A stretch of DNA of 64,000 nucleotides from Lingula anatina (Eukaryota; Animalia; Brachiopoda). The notes below the pieces were generated by a model. It had not been told where the DNA came from. It made no database searches and was given only the letters and a program-made list of their open reading frames with translations. The stretch is taken from the NCBI GenBank assembly GCA_051362555.1, contig CM120642.1, positions 22,568,001 to 22,632,000 of the forward strand. Direction: 5' to 3'. How positions within the stretch are numbered: position 1 is the stretch's first letter; the number at the start of each line of letters is the position of its first letter. Positions 12,898 through 41,799 of the stretch are shown piece after piece. A program made the translations under genes and the position numbers.

Positions 12898-15800
12898 GAA
12901 ACCTCAGAATATTGATTTTATGTGCAGACACTGTAAATGTTTGTACTGATTTTAGGACAATTCCCTGTCTGTCTAAAAAGTCACTGTCACCATTTCCATC
13001 CAACACAATTCTTTGCCCCATTTTGATCTTACAATTGCTCCTTTAAACTTATCTTCCCTAATAAGGATTACCTCAACTTTTTTTCCATCTAAAATATCTG
13101 AAAAGTCACTAATGATGGGTTAGATTAATTTTATCTCCTTTTTATGTACACCCCATTTTGGGCACTGCGGCCATAGTGACCTTTTAAGAAAAATCATGTT
13201 ACTTACTAAGTACACACTAATCTGAATCTTACAGAAAAAAAAACAGAGGATTAAAATACAGCTTCAAGTAAAAACGGTCTGATTGGTTTATTTTTCTGGA
13301 AGTTATACAGATTTTGTGAGATATTCATATTTCACATATTGGCATTTTCAAGGTTTGACGTTAAACTTCCAAAAATGTGACTAAACATCCAAAAAAATGG
13401 TCACATTTTCTAAATATCTAGGGGTCCTGGGGCATGCTCCCTTGGAAAATCTTTGGGGGCATTCAGAATGAGAAGAGCTGAGTGCTAGCTGGTCCACAGC
13501 CTAAACATGAAAGGAAGACCGCTTAATCCTGTACTTACCCTGTACTTGTCTTATACTGTTTTATGTTGTGTCACCTATCTTTATTGTTCAGCAAGAAAAT
13601 TATGGAAAATTAGTTACATCCAAAAGTGATAAAATATTAAATATGTATCATATGTTGAGCTAAAATCACCTCATTTGAATGATTTCCACATATTTTATAT
13701 AATGTTAATTTCCATTGATTATATTTTAGTTCATCTTCACAATGAGTTTCTGTTAGCTATACTCACTAGATGTCAGACTTACAGTTCTATGCTGAGTAAG
13801 TACTCCCCCATTACATTTGTTTAAGCCTAGTATTGGAAATAAAAGTTCAACTGCATAATAGTGAAAACTATGGTAATTTACCAGTTAGGGCAAAGTATAC
13901 TGTCCAAGGTAAATGGTAAAATTTGGATGCTAATGAAAAAACACTGGCAATGGCTAAATTTATCAGGAAACAGTAATTATTATTTAATTTTTGTAGTGCC
14001 TAGAGATCTGAACTGCTCCAGTCTCGCGTACACACCAGCTGCTAAAGCACTTAGGAAAGAATCTCACAAAATTAAAAGCAAAAAAGCAAAAACAACAAGA
14101 TCAGCTTTTGTGGTATGTATATTGATGAATTTATTGAACACCTTTTTATTGACTAACACTGTCTGGACATAAAGTCATCACCCGTATCTGATGTCACCTT
14201 AACTATACACTTTTTACACTTTGTCAACACATAGTAAAAACCACCTTGCTGTTATTTGGTTGACTTTCTCGTGAAATGGCACTTAAATATTCCTTTCTTC
14301 AATATTACCTGTTGTGTAGAGTAGAAATTTGGCTGACTTTGCTGATTAATTATGTTGTACTAAAAAGCATCATATATTGTTGCATCAGAATTGACAGTAG
14401 CTTATTTTGTGCATCATTATTTTCTGGTTTTTGTCTGTACATTTGACAGCTTTGCTGCCTTGTTTATCTTGATTTTCAGCAAAGGTTCCAGCCAGCCAGT
14501 CCCTTGAACTATAGTTCGGTGGTGCTGCCAGGACCTCCAGAGGAGGAGGGGGCAATCAGTAAGTGACATTTTGCTGCAAGGGGTTAATGCTTTGCAAATA
14601 ATAGGTCATAAAGTTACACTGAGATAGAGATAAAGCAGCACAGTGATATTAATTTGAAACATCTGTCACAATGATATATCAACATGCATTTTTTACTTTG
14701 CCCAAAGCAGACTGTCTAAAAATTACCAATTCTAACGGAATGTTTTAAGAGAAAGAAATGTCAGTTTGTCTAGATGTGTTTTTACATGTAGCCCTCACCT
14801 GCCATTACCCTGCACTTTCAGAGATAATACTATTAGCAGAAAAACATTTTAGCTTTTTTCTTTAAACTTACAGAATTCGGGCCGTATTCTGGAAACTTTG
14901 TAACTTACTACAATTTACTAGAATAACTATTTACTAGAATTTGTAACTTGGACTTATACGGTAATCTCGAAACTCTTGAAAGTCTTGGACTAACAAACTC
15001 TTGTAACTTTCTGGAAGTGACATTTGGTCCATGAATAGCCCACAAGGACATATTCCACTCCCATGCTTTGTTGATAAAATGCTTTTCTAGACATAAAAGT
15101 CTCTTGAAATATATTAAGAATCATTTAGAAGGAAGTGCCCCAACATTTTCTTTCAAGTTTTTCATTGGAAAATTCACTCATATTGAATACGTTTCTGCTG
15201 GCATACAAGCACAGGAATTGGATTTGGCTCTTGTGGGAGTCCCCAAGCTGGAATTCCCCAAGTTTTCCGCTAGGAAAAAGCACTTAAATTTACATTGAAA
15301 ATGTTCCAGGATATTGCCTTAAAAGGATAACAACTGTTCATTTTGGCCCAAAAATGAATTTTCCTGGGATAAACAACAATTTTCCCATACTTACCAATGG
15401 TTAATGAATCCATTTCTACATTCAAGTTAAGTCCATTTTTTTTTCTAAAAAGTTTTTTTGTAATAATCTTTTAAGAGATAAAATTGTCTTTCAAGAGATT
15501 ATTACAGAGTATAGCCATCTGTGGTGGTCACGTGGTCCAATGACAAGCTCAGATTTCTGAACAATTGCTATACTGACAGTCAATGAAAACGCTTCAGAAA
15601 ACTTTCTTGTACTTTTGTACTCTTGTACTTTTACCAAGAATCTATTCCAACCATAAAAACGAGTACAAATGCACTTGTTTGGTCATAAGAGAGTGGGCTG
15701 ACCACTCGGATGTTTAAAATTTCCGCTTCAGTGATTTTGTGATCAGCTGTTACAAAATCGTATGTTTTTCCTGATTGGTGTGAATTAATCAGATTCGATA

Positions 15801-18800
15801 TATGGTGATTAATTAAGCCTATTTAAGATAGTCACCAAATCCAGTATGACACATGACAAAAAAGTTCTGTGATGCCACATCTGACACTGAAAGAGCAACT
15901 GCGGGCCCTGGGGATGCTGGAGGCTGGGCGGAACCGAAGAGATCTGATCACATGACCTTGCATTTTAATGATCTTTTTTTAATTATCTTTTCTGACCTTT
16001 ATTTCACCTTGTGTGACTGAATAATGGGTCATATTTCACACGAAAACTTATTTTCTTAATGTGCCAAAGGAACTTAAAATATTATTTGATAAATAAATGA
16101 TGCGTTTTCATTGACTGTCAGTATATAACTGCTGATTTTGTGGTAAAACAGAATGTATTATATTTCTTTGAGTTGTTTACAATGTTTTAATTATGAAATA
16201 TAGATTCATACAAAGAGTTGTTATCCCTTTACGTATGTAAATTATAGTAAACACTTACCACATTGTTCAAATTTGACACCTGCTGGGATTTCATGCTGTC
16301 TTAGGATACCAAAGTCATACAAAAAAGTTAACTCAATTCGTCTATATATATGACATTCAATTAGATATGAAAATGTAATTTTTATCTTAATATATAAACT
16401 TTATTTTAAATGGAGATAATAAAAAAAGAGATAATAACTCTTTGTATGAGATCTATATTTCACAATGAAAACATTGTGAACAACTCGTAGAAATATAATA
16501 TATTCTGTTGTACCACAAAAATATTTGTAGCTATTATTCTGATTTCTGAGCTTGTCTTTAGACCATGTGACCTCCATTAATGGCTATATATAGAAATATA
16601 AATATATATTGTTGTACCACAAAAATGGCAGTTATAGCTATTATTCTGATTTCTGAGCTTGTCTTTAGACCATGTGACCTCCATTAATGGCTATATTGAC
16701 AGGTGTCAGAAAAAAAACTTTTAAGAAAAAAAACAGAGACTAACTTTGAATGTAAAAATGGATTCATTAACCATTGGTAAGTATGGGAAAATTGTTTACT
16801 CCAGGAAAATTCATTTATTATTTTTTTGCCAAAACCAAGAGTAATTAACCCTTAAAATGTGAGTCGATATAATTGTTTTTCTGTTCACCTTTGCTGTAAA
16901 TTTTTTATCATGAGGTGTGAGTAAATGTTATTTTCATATTAAATCACAAATAATAATACAAACGAAGTCACAAATAAGTTGGCTCAACTTTTCAAAAATG
17001 ACATTCAATTTAATATTAACATGTTATTTTTTAATAAAATTGATAAATTTGATTACTTGATGCACATTGGTATAAATGTGGAAAAAATTTTCTTTATACC
17101 TTTGTTGTTATAATAAATAGTGATTATTATTATTAGTTTTTCATGTCAGTAAGAAAAGCAAGTTACAATGTACTGGTACAAATGAACATGTTCGATGCCT
17201 CAAAGTCTTAACTTTGCTGTTAAGCATTATGTATTATTACATCAGATTGACATAAAAACCTATTTTGTGCATAATTATTGTCTGCCTTTGTCTGTATACT
17301 GGATAGCTTTGTTGCCTTGTTACCTCCCCCAAGGAGGTTATATTTTCACCCCTGTTTGTCTGTCTGGCTTTCTGTCCGTCGGTCATCAACAGAACTCAAA
17401 AAGTTATGGACCGATTTTGATGAAATTTTAGGAACTGTCAGAAGTGGGCCAAGGAATAGATGATTAGTTTTTGGTGGTGATCCGGATCAATAATCAATCA
17501 ATCAATAAAAAAAACTGAGTTATGGACCGATTTTGATGAAATTTTCAGGAACTGTCAGAAGTGGGCCAAGGAACAGATGATTAGTTTCTGTTGGTGATCC
17601 GGATCAATAATCAATCAATAATCAAAAATATTGAAAATTTAGGGGTGAAACAGCATTGGATGGAGACTTTGCTGTCTTGGCAGAGGTTTGCGCTCTCTGA
17701 GTGCTTTTCTAGTTATTGTACTATAATATTTTTGAGGAATAATGAAAAATATCCACGATGCAAAAACAATATAAAGTAATATATTTTGAGAAATGGGAAC
17801 ATCCTGCACTACCTTTTTATCTGTGTGATGCAGGTTTCTGTACCAGAGAGATGATGTTGCCAGATATTGGCATGGTGCATGGGCGGATGCTGGTGATGGC
17901 CTGGGATCAAGGTCTGGAGGACGTCAAAGATGATGCTGTGAGGCTTGTCATGCAAGCAGTAGAAGTAAGAAATGGCAAGAAATAGCATTGGTTTATTATT
18001 TAAAATCTTGGTTTTAAAATTTTCTGCTCATTGTTTTGATTTGGCAAGCTCCTTTAAGTCTTCTTTAATCTCATCTTTTTATGCTGTACACAATATATTG
18101 AAGGTAAAACTAGAAAGTTGGTAATACTGTTTTCTAAATTTCATATTCATCAACTGATAATTGTATAATTGTTGTCCATATGATATGATTGTTCACAAAA
18201 GGCGCTTTTTATTTAGAAACATTGCTGAAATAATGCAGTTGTTTTTAATTATTAAAAACATTTCAGCACCAACTGAAATGTGTTCTAACTGCAGTGTTTT
18301 CACAACGTAATGGATTTCAAATGAGAGAAAGAAGATTTAAGCATGCCATGGGCACCCAAGCTCCGCAAGACAACATCAGAAACTCTGAAAGCCTGCATGA
18401 ACATATATCTGGCAGGTAATTGTCAAATTTTAGTGTAGTGAGGCAGAAAATTAATAGTCCATTATGTTCTAGTACATTTATCTATATTTATATCAAGTTA
18501 TGTTCCAGTACTGTAACATTTATCTATATTTACATCAAGCTATGTTCTAGTACATTTATCAATATTTACAGGAAGGTACTTAAAAAGTTCTCCAATCTTC
18601 TCATAAGTCATTTCATGAGGATTTAGTCGATGTTAATTGTCATTTAATGCCCTATTCAGTGCACCAACTGCTGTATCTAGTAAAGGCACCCACATCCCGT
18701 CCATGAAGAGGTCCCTAGAACTTGGTGCAGCTGGGGCATCCTTACAGCTCTCTTGTGGGGGCAGTGAATCTCCAGCCAAGAGTCCAGTGTCTCTATATGA

Positions 18801-19544
18801 GTTAATGGCTTCATTAGAGGTAAAATAAATTTTAGAATTTAATGAATTTAGTTTTAAGGCCCACAATATTAGGCCTTTGTACCTACATTTTCACCAAATT
18901 TTAACTTTTTTTTTCAAAGAGATTGGTGAATTTCACTTGTGAGACAAAATAAAAAATCAAATCTTAAAATAAGGTTTGTATACAGCACACAGTTGTTTTA
19001 TTTAAGGGATAGCAACTGTTCATTTTGGCCCAAAGATGAATTTTTCTGGGGCAAACAACAATTTCCCCATACTTACCAATGGTTTATGAATCCATTTCTA
19101 CAATCAAAGTCCCTGTTTTTTTCTAAAAAGTTTGTTTTTATGTTATGGAGATTATTACAGAGTATAGCCATCTATGGAGGTCACGATTTTGTGGTAAAAC
19201 ATATACTAGTATATATTATTTTGAGTTGTTTAGAATGTTTTTTATTGTGATGTAGATCTCATACCAAGAGTTGTTATCCCTTTAATCATATATTATCAAA
19301 ACTAATGGCAAAATGGCAAATCTTTAAAATGAACTTGTATTTAAATCTATATTTAACATTGACATATTTTTCTCAGGTCTATAGGAGTTGTATACCATCC
19401 CATACAGTGTTTGTGACAAATATGGAACGGATAATCAGTAAACTTTGGCATGCCAGCAAAGAAGAAGTTGAACAAGAGTATATTCACAAACAAGAAGTGC
19501 AAATAAAAACAGACTTGGCCTCTAGTAGGTTCATTAGGCTATAG
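90..19544 (+). CDS. TADA1: Transcriptional adapter 1 (SAGA subunit ADA1/STAF42), 5'-partial spliced CDS
   Basis: Exons with AG/GT boundaries and matching phases: 90-126 (YFHNLRSWFKQK), 12519-12573 (MSREDFDLEARRLLTREA), 13730-13795 (VHLHNEFLLAILTRCQ), 13997-14112, 14480-14558 (QRFQPASPL), 17834-17964 (MMLPDIGMVHGRMLVMAWDQGLEDV), 18267-18415, 18660-18819 (PVSLYELMASLE), 19377-19544 (CIPSHTVFVTNMERIISKLWH, stop TAG). Peptides run in the same order as recalled vertebrate TADA1 (YWANLKLWFKQK/ISKEEFDLEAHRLL/VHSHNDFLLAILTRCQ ... [20 protein letters not shown]). The first exon lies upstream of the window. Confidence 0.95.
898..3359 (+). mobile_element. Kolobok-like non-autonomous DNA transposon with THAP remnant
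   Basis: Flanked by TTAA, with imperfect termini AGGACAATGTTCATG / CATGAAGCAAACCCT. MPRCVAVG(F)TK at 1208 resembles a THAP N-terminus. Both ends are shared with a second copy at 36955-38375. Confidence 0.55.
3833..6920 (+). mobile_element. Helitron/Helentron-like non-autonomous element, family B, with internal degenerate ~150-160 bp repeats
   Basis: The 5' end has inverted repeat GTACAGACAC-agat-GTGTCTGTAC, then a (GTC)n microsatellite and tandem internal repeats (3914, 4074, 4215, 4376). The 3' end is TGTCTGTACATTTGACAGCTTTGCTGCCTTGTTT (subTIR plus hairpin). This 3' motif recurs near 14432, 17290, 20115(-), 24282(-), 25772(-), 26021(-), 56763, 60371 and 62261. Confidence 0.6.
6139..6355 (+). 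mobile_element. Short Helitron/HINE-like element, family C
   Basis: Starts TTACCTCTGCCAAGGAGGT; 3' subTIR CCTTGGCAGAGGT, hairpin GCGCTCTCGGAGTG and CTAG end. A second copy lies at 17320-17712. Confidence 0.7.
8005..11925. repeat. 146-bp tandem minisatellite, about 16 units, split by a transposon insertion
   Basis: The unit marker GGC(A/T)GAGATAGGTCC recurs at 8019, 8165, 8311, 8457 ... 9917 with an exact 146 period, then resumes at 11593 for about 2.3 units. Confidence 0.95.
9971..11592. mobile_element. hAT-like non-autonomous element inserted in the 146-bp array
   Basis: TIRs CAGACATGCTGAAA / TTTCAGCATGTCTG, subterminal GGACCG/GCCGGAC repeats at both ends, and a near-duplicated target ATACTGA/ATACTGG. 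Confidence 0.8.
12849..12894. repeat. (TA)n microsatellite; others near 23833-23874, 26503-26552, 31268-31324, 44548-44600
   Basis: Directly visible dinucleotide runs. Confidence 0.95.
14879..15318. mobile_element. Possible Harbinger-type MITE
   Basis: Imperfect termini GGGCCGTATTCTGGAA / TTCCAGGATATTGCC; short internal direct repeats. Confidence 0.4.
15319..16231 (+). mobile_element. TTAA-flanked (Kolobok-type) MITE, interrupted by a Tc1 derivative
   Basis: Same sequence as the compact copy at 19002-19285 (AGGGATAGCAACT...AGTTGTTATCCCT). An inverted copy lies at 16430-16855. Confidence 0.65.
15571..16123 (+). mobile_element. Internally deleted Tc1/mariner element
   Basis: TA-flanked TIRs TACTGACAGTCAATGAAAACGC / GCGTTTTCATTGACTGTCAGTA. 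ATG 15872 reads MPHLTLKEQLRALGMLEAGRNRRDL, a typical Tc1 paired-like HTH start. Confidence 0.85.
16430..16855 (-). mobile_element. Inverted copy of the TTAA MITE with an internal ~100-bp duplication
   Basis: Reverse complement of 15319-15560 plus 16130-16230; 16489-16590 is repeated at 16591-16695. Confidence 0.6.
17320..17712 (+). mobile_element. Helitron/HINE-like family C copy with internal tandem duplication
   Basis: TTACCTCCCCCAAGGAGG start, (GTCT)n-like tract, duplicated ~115-bp unit, TTGGCAGAGG subTIR, GCGCTCTCTGAGTGC hairpin and CTAG end. Confidence 0.7.
19002..19285 (+). mobile_element. TTAA-flanked (Kolobok-type) MITE
   Basis: TTAA-GGGATAGCAACT ... AGTTGTTATCCCT-TTAA; three related copies in the window. 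Confidence 0.7.
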
Positions 19545-20111
19545 CATTAGCCACAGTCCATGGGAATGCATAAGGATGTAATGTTAAATAAACATTTAAA
19601 ATCGCATGCAAGGCCATTAAGCCTAGCTGAAGTTTTCATGTAGAATTATTTGGTGGAACAGTGTAGTTGTCTTATATTTGAAATAACTGTTGACAGACTG
19701 AACAAGGAACAATTTTTACAGATAATCATGATACATAGTTTTTCAGATGTAAGTGATTTGGATATTTTTTAAAATTATATATTTTCACCCAAGACTGTTA
19801 ATTTTGGCAGGAGTGTCATGCCTAATTAGGCACCCCATCTTGTACAATACTGCAAAGTGAAACAACATACTTAGACAATCATAATTTTCTTGACAGTACT
19901 TGACATGCAGGTTAGCATTAAAACTTGCTTTACAAAATACTACTTTGGCTAGGTAAAGTAAAAACTATTTCCATATTGCCAATTTATTACCCTTTTGAAC
20001 TAGTATTTCTTCTTCACGTTGACGTTAACCTTTTTTCTGCTGTGGTGGATGTCCATTCTCTTTGTAGATAATAAAATAAAAGCATGACCCCAATCTTGGA
20101 GTCAAGGTTCC

Positions 20112-21560
20112 ATTAAACAAAGCAGCAAAGCTGTCAAATGTACCAACACTGAGAAAGAATAATCCAATCAAGTTGGTTTGCCAACTCTGTCATTGATTCT
20201 TTTTAGTTACAGTTTTCCCTTTTGCAGATTTATAGTGGCAGTAAACAAGATGATTTTTTATCCATTTTGATGAAATATTATATAATACTTAAGACACCAA
20301 TTTTTATTAATATACTATAATTATCAGTGATATTAAAAAAATGTGACCAGCAAATGTTGATTCCATGGAAGTTCAAAGTCACACTTTGAATATGGTAATC
20401 CAATCAAGTTGGTTTGCCAATTTAAGCTCCGTGTCATCTATTCTTGTTGGTTACAGTTTTCCCTTTTGCGGATTTATAGTGGCAGTAAACAAGATAATTT
20501 TTTATCCATTTTGATGAAATATTATATAATACTTAACACACCAATTTTTATTAATATACTATAATTATCAGTGATATTCAGAAAATGTGACCAGCAAATG
20601 TTGATTCCATGGAAGTTCAAAGTCACACTTTGAAAATGCCAAAATGTGAATAATCCACATTTCATTAAAAATGGCATCACTTCTAAACAAGAATCCAATT
20701 GGGCTTTTTTCCAACTCAAAGAGTGTTTTAGTTCTATCATACTTTTCTGTAAGTTTATGAATCAGAAGTGACATGGTTTTTCTCACTAGATGGTTGCTTT
20801 AGTGTCCAAAATGGGGTTTTCTTCAGTTTTGGTGCAATGCTACATAATGCTTAACAGCATAATCACCACCAATTTTTAATTATGCACTGCAGGCAACAGC
20901 TATTTAGAAAGTGTGGCTAGCAAAGGTCTTCAAACCCATGGAACTTCAAAGACATACTTGAAAAAACCAAACACCAGAGATAACTGTACTAAAATAGCTT
21001 TCTGTTTTCAACGCTATACATATACAAAATAACCAATTTACGATCTTTTTCAATTGACATAATCAACAAAATTGTTAAGCTGCAGAAAATGTCAAAAGAA
21101 CACTTACAAATCTAATTACGTAGTTCAATGGCGAGACTGTTAACATGCCTTAGAATTGAATCTGAGGAAAAACCCACTAATTGAAACAAACGGCATTCAA
21201 CAATTATAAACAGATCAAGCAGATTTTTGAACTACTCCTGTATTTTATGAATGTTCATCAGTTCTTTTATTTCCAACTAGGCCTGCATTTAATGAATATT
21301 CATCAGTTCTGTAAGTTTAGAGACAAACTGTACATCGTTTTTTATATTATTTGTATAAAAAATCAGAAAATAGCATAACTTTTGGGAAAAATGGTCCAAT
21401 AAAGCTGATTTTATATCAGGGCCTGCACGTTTTCACTGTACTTCAGTCCTGAAAGTCTGAAAACAAAAGGTTAAACAGTTTTCCACTGTTCTTTATGACA
21501 CAGAGTGCACATAGTGAAGACGACAGACGCAGGTGATGGCTACATGTACAGACACATCTT
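20112..21560 (-). mobile_element. Family B Helitron-like element, minus strand, between the TADA1 and WDR5 3' ends
   Basis: Reverse complement of the family B 3' motif at 20115-20142 and of its 5' motif at 21520-21558. There is an internal ~240-bp duplication (20160-20392 / 20396-20635). Confidence 0.6.
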
Positions 21561-21654
21561 TCATCAACTTTGAAAAATGGCTATGGACCGGGCACTGGCA
21601 TTATTAAAATAAATACGTATGTAAATAATTATTGTAATTCATCAAAATGCAGTT

Positions 21655-22616
21655 CAGGGATGCTAGTCTTCCGGTTTTTACCGGAATTCCGGTTTTTTGC
21701 GTCCAGTTATAAAATTTTCTGGTACTATATTTTGTTCCGGAATTCTCGTTTTTAACGTGGTCGCGGACTGGACGAACGATGCGTCAGAGGAACGTCGCAT
21801 TTCAACCATTGCGACAGAGCTGCGTTTCAACACAATATCTAGTCACAACCGTAGCACGTGATTTATTTATGGCGCTTGATTGGTTGGAAATGTAGGCTTT
21901 AATGTCGGCACCCATGTGGAAAGTTTTGACACCGCGTGCGCGGAATTTTGAACTAAACCAAACTAAATGGATTTCGCGGAGAGGGGAACAGACGATATTA
22001 GAAACATCGACATTACTGTCAAAAATAGATTTAGTTGGAGTTGGCTGGAGGAAAAGGACAATAATGACGATTTTTTTTCTACCTATGTTCGGAAGCGAAA
22101 GTCCCCCGGAGAAGCTTGGTGTGTATGGTGCAACGACGTGATCCGGTACGGAAGCAGTGTTAAAAAAGCTCTGAAAAACCATGCTAAAACAACTAAGCAT
22201 GCCAAAGCACGTAGTTGTCTTTACACATTTTTGTTGCTTGGGCATTACCACGAAAGCCATTACCAATCTTTGAAAATGATAAATGAAAGGGATTAACATT
22301 TAGTGACTATCATTATCATGCTGGTGATTATCAAGCTTACGTGAGGGATCATTACTGTCTACTATGGGTGGTAGGTGTTTATGTACTGATGGCACTTCCA
22401 TCTTGTCAATGTCAAGATTATCCTTGGAAACAACTGTTGAAAATTACCATGAAGTTGTGATGACATATATTGCAATATATTTATTAAATAAAATTTGAAA
22501 TATAGTAATTGTTTCATAATCAATTTGTATTTGTACCCCCCCCCCCCCCCCCCCCCCCCCCCGTCTTTGCCAAAAAAAAGTTCAGGTTTTCTTTCCGGAC
22601 CCCACTAGCATCCCTG
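21655..22616 (+). mobile_element. hAT-like deletion derivative with 6-bp TSD and zinc-finger transposase N-terminus
   Basis: TIRs CAGGGATGCTAGT / ACTAGCATCCCTG, flanked by GCAGTT on both sides. ORF 21967-22296 has FSWSWLEE...AWCVWC...Y...LKNH....KH (BED-like zinc finger). Confidence 0.8.
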
Positions 22617-23723
22617 GCAGTTGGATATCCAGATGATTAACAGTAATGAGACACATTGGGGTATAAAATAACAACAATGAAGAGCAAAGATGACATCACT
22701 GAAATAAAAATCTACATTTTCATGACTGAAATTTTTAAGAGGTAAAACTGAGGTACCTCCAGCACGCATGGTGGTTGTACAATTGTGTCTTCTGTTGGTG
22801 AGATGCAATAGTTCATAGTTCCACTGACAGTTATATATTTTAAGAAATTTATTACACTGCTCTAAGGAAAAATACATCCTTTACACAAAATGGTATTATA
22901 CACAAAAAAAGTCTGATTCTCTACTAAAATCTCCATTCTATGAGGTACTTAGTATGCTATCTCCAAAACTCACTCAATTTCTTTTTCATATTTAAACTTC
23001 ACTCTGAATGCTATGATAATGATACTCTAACATAATGAGCAATTTTTCAAGTGCCCAAATTTTGCAGCTTAATCATTTTATACACATATAAGGCTGCAGA
23101 AGAATATATTTTAATTGTACAATAAGCATAGTGAAATGTTTACCTTTGTAATGACTAAGCTCTATCTTGTCAGATTTTGAGCCTTTCTTAAATACACAAA
23201 TGATACACATGAAAATATCAGCGTAAACATAACATAATGCTGCTGTTGAGTTTGTGTGAAAGCATGGAGAATCTACTAAAAACTTACATGAAATGACATA
23301 ATAACATGTTCTTGATGGTCAACAAGAGGAACATGGCTGTTTATCAAAGTAATGTCAGTAAATGAAAGGGTGGAAGCACCTTGCAGAATGTCTAAACTTG
23401 ATAGCTTTCCCCTCAAAAATTCAAGATATAAGCAAAAACCTGCTTTATGTTTCATTCACTTATATCAGTATGACAAGTATAATTCAGAATAATGAAAGCT
23501 CTTACAATGAACAATCCTAAATGATGAAATTTCTAACTGGATGATGTCTTAATTCCAGTGTAAATACTTTTGCAGATCCGAAATATTCACTGAAAAAAAA
23601 TTCTATATATAAAAAGAGTCCAGGAATATTTACTTTTATGAAGTAGATAGATGCCTGGTGGCATTTTAGCCTTAATTGTGAAAATGTTTTGGATTTAATA
23701 AAATTCAACACTGGCCACCATTG

Positions 23724-39665
<15,942 letters not shown>

Positions 39666-40749
39666 CTTTGCAGCAAAATAACAAAAGTTGGTAAATAGTG
39701 ACTAGACTTTATGCTTTGAAACTTTCCTATTGAAAGCACAGTAAAAGAAGAAACTTATTTCCATTTGCTATAAAAACAAAACCAATTACACAACATAATG
39801 ATGATGTTACAATATTGTCTCAACAAAAAGTTGGAAAACGTTATTTTGAATAATTCTAAATTAACCATATAAGCTAGGGTGACTATTTTAACTAAATATT
39901 GATGGATAATATTTCTAAAATTATTTTTTCTGGGGTCAAACTCAGACCAAACATTAAAATCATGACTATAGTGCCTTAGACCCCATTTCCAGAGATTAGA
40001 TCGATCTACTTTAGATCGACCTAACTTCCTGGGGGTTCACGCTAAACAGCTGTCAGCCGAGCGAACACGAAAGTTAATTACCCCCTTACAGCTTGTAGTA
40101 GGCGAGACTGACATTTAAGCTGGATTATCTGACAGTAATCTAGTGAGACTCCCCACGGGAATAGATCGATCTAAAAATCTATGGGAATGCGCTCTTAATG
40201 CTTATCTTATTGATGACACATCACAACTGCACAATATAGATAATAAATATTATACTTTTTTGTAATCTGGTGCTCATCTTTTAGTTATATTTTGTAGAAT
40301 TTTTTTTTATATACCTGTTGATATAATCTGAACAAGTATTACAATGTATATTTTATATAATTTGAAAAAGTTGTTGAACTTATATTTAGTGTTCAATTTT
40401 AATAGACCAAATAATTCAGACTTGATCTTCCTCATTCGATAAATAACAATATCCTGAATATGTCCAGTTATAAAGAATTTCATATTATACAAATTTCATG
40501 CCTTAAGAAACCTGAAAATTTGGAACAAACAAAACAACAGACCTTGAAAAAAGCCGCATATGGAATTTCCTCAGGGTTATGGAAAAGTCCTGACAGTGGC
40601 GCCACCGCATGGTGGTGGCCAGATTTGGTATTAAGGGCTTAAGGGGATTGTGCAACAGTCACTGCAGGGGACAATGAGTTAAAGTAGGTCAAAGGTCAAT
40701 TTCAAGGTTACAGTTAGATTGCAAGCATATGAGTAAAAAAGGTCTGCTC

Positions 40750-41147
40750 TATCGTAAAATCACACACCCGCTATAAACAGACGAAAACCAGGTCAAATCT
40801 ACTCAGGATAACTGCCAGTAACCTACTGCACATGAGCGGAAGTTGTGGTCCACATGCTGTCTGGAGTTGGCTGGAACGATAAGTGCTAGGCAAGTCACCC
40901 GCTCTTTATGTTTCTGACACAATTAACTGAATCGATGAAAATAAAATACCAGAAATGGAATTTTCAACCGTTTTTCATTCAAAATAAATGTTTATATTGT
41001 CATAAATACATAGTGAAAATCAACTAGAAGACCCATTCTTTAAATAAATTCTGCTCATGCGCAGTAGGTTACTAGTCCTCGCGTCATGACCTGAGTAGAT
41101 TTGACCTGGTTTTCATCTGTTTATAACAGGTGTATGATTTTACAATG
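40750..41147. mobile_element. MITE with ~95-bp TIRs
   Basis: 40751-40807 is an inverted match to 41090-41146; 40817-40841 is an inverted match to 41050-41073. Confidence 0.7.
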
Positions 41148-41799
41148 GTCAAACTGGTAGATAGACAGATGAGTTTAAGGAAAGTGATACCTCTGTTGAT
41201 GGAAAAACTGGTTGGCTTCACAGTAATGTGTGTGTTGAGGAGATGAGATGTAAAATAAAAATTTGAGAGCTGCTGCACCACAGCTGGTTCGGCAACTGGT
41301 TTTCATTTCCAACATTTTTTAGCCTTTGCTTTCATGTGTTAGCACAGCCAATACATATCAGAATCGTCAATAGGAGTGCTTACGTATGAATTTTCGTGCT
41401 ACATATTAGTAAATGTTTGTTCCCACCTTGTTACTTTAAAGAATGGCATAGTCTTTTATAATTAACCAGGTGTCAATAAGTGACTTGTGTCTTTCACAAA
41501 GAAGAAATACAATGTCTTATCTGCCAAAGCCAATACCCCTTGTCAAGAATAGATTACTTGTTTCATAGTATTTTCAAGGCAGAATGTCTGAAGCTAAGCA
41601 TTAAGTGATGTTAAGAACACACCCCTAACCCTTCTTATATTATCGACAGCAAAACAGCATAATTACCTTTCCTTTGCTATTATTATTATTTATTATTGAC
41701 ACTGACAGGGACACCACACACAGGGTTGTGTTACAGATTTTAGTGTCTAGCATTCACCATAATCCTGTGTGTAATTATCATGAACAATATTTTCGTTCT

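Noticed and set aside
19545-23723. U6atac gene, which lies next to WDR5 in human
   Set aside because: No U6atac-like sequence was recognised downstream of WDR5 here.
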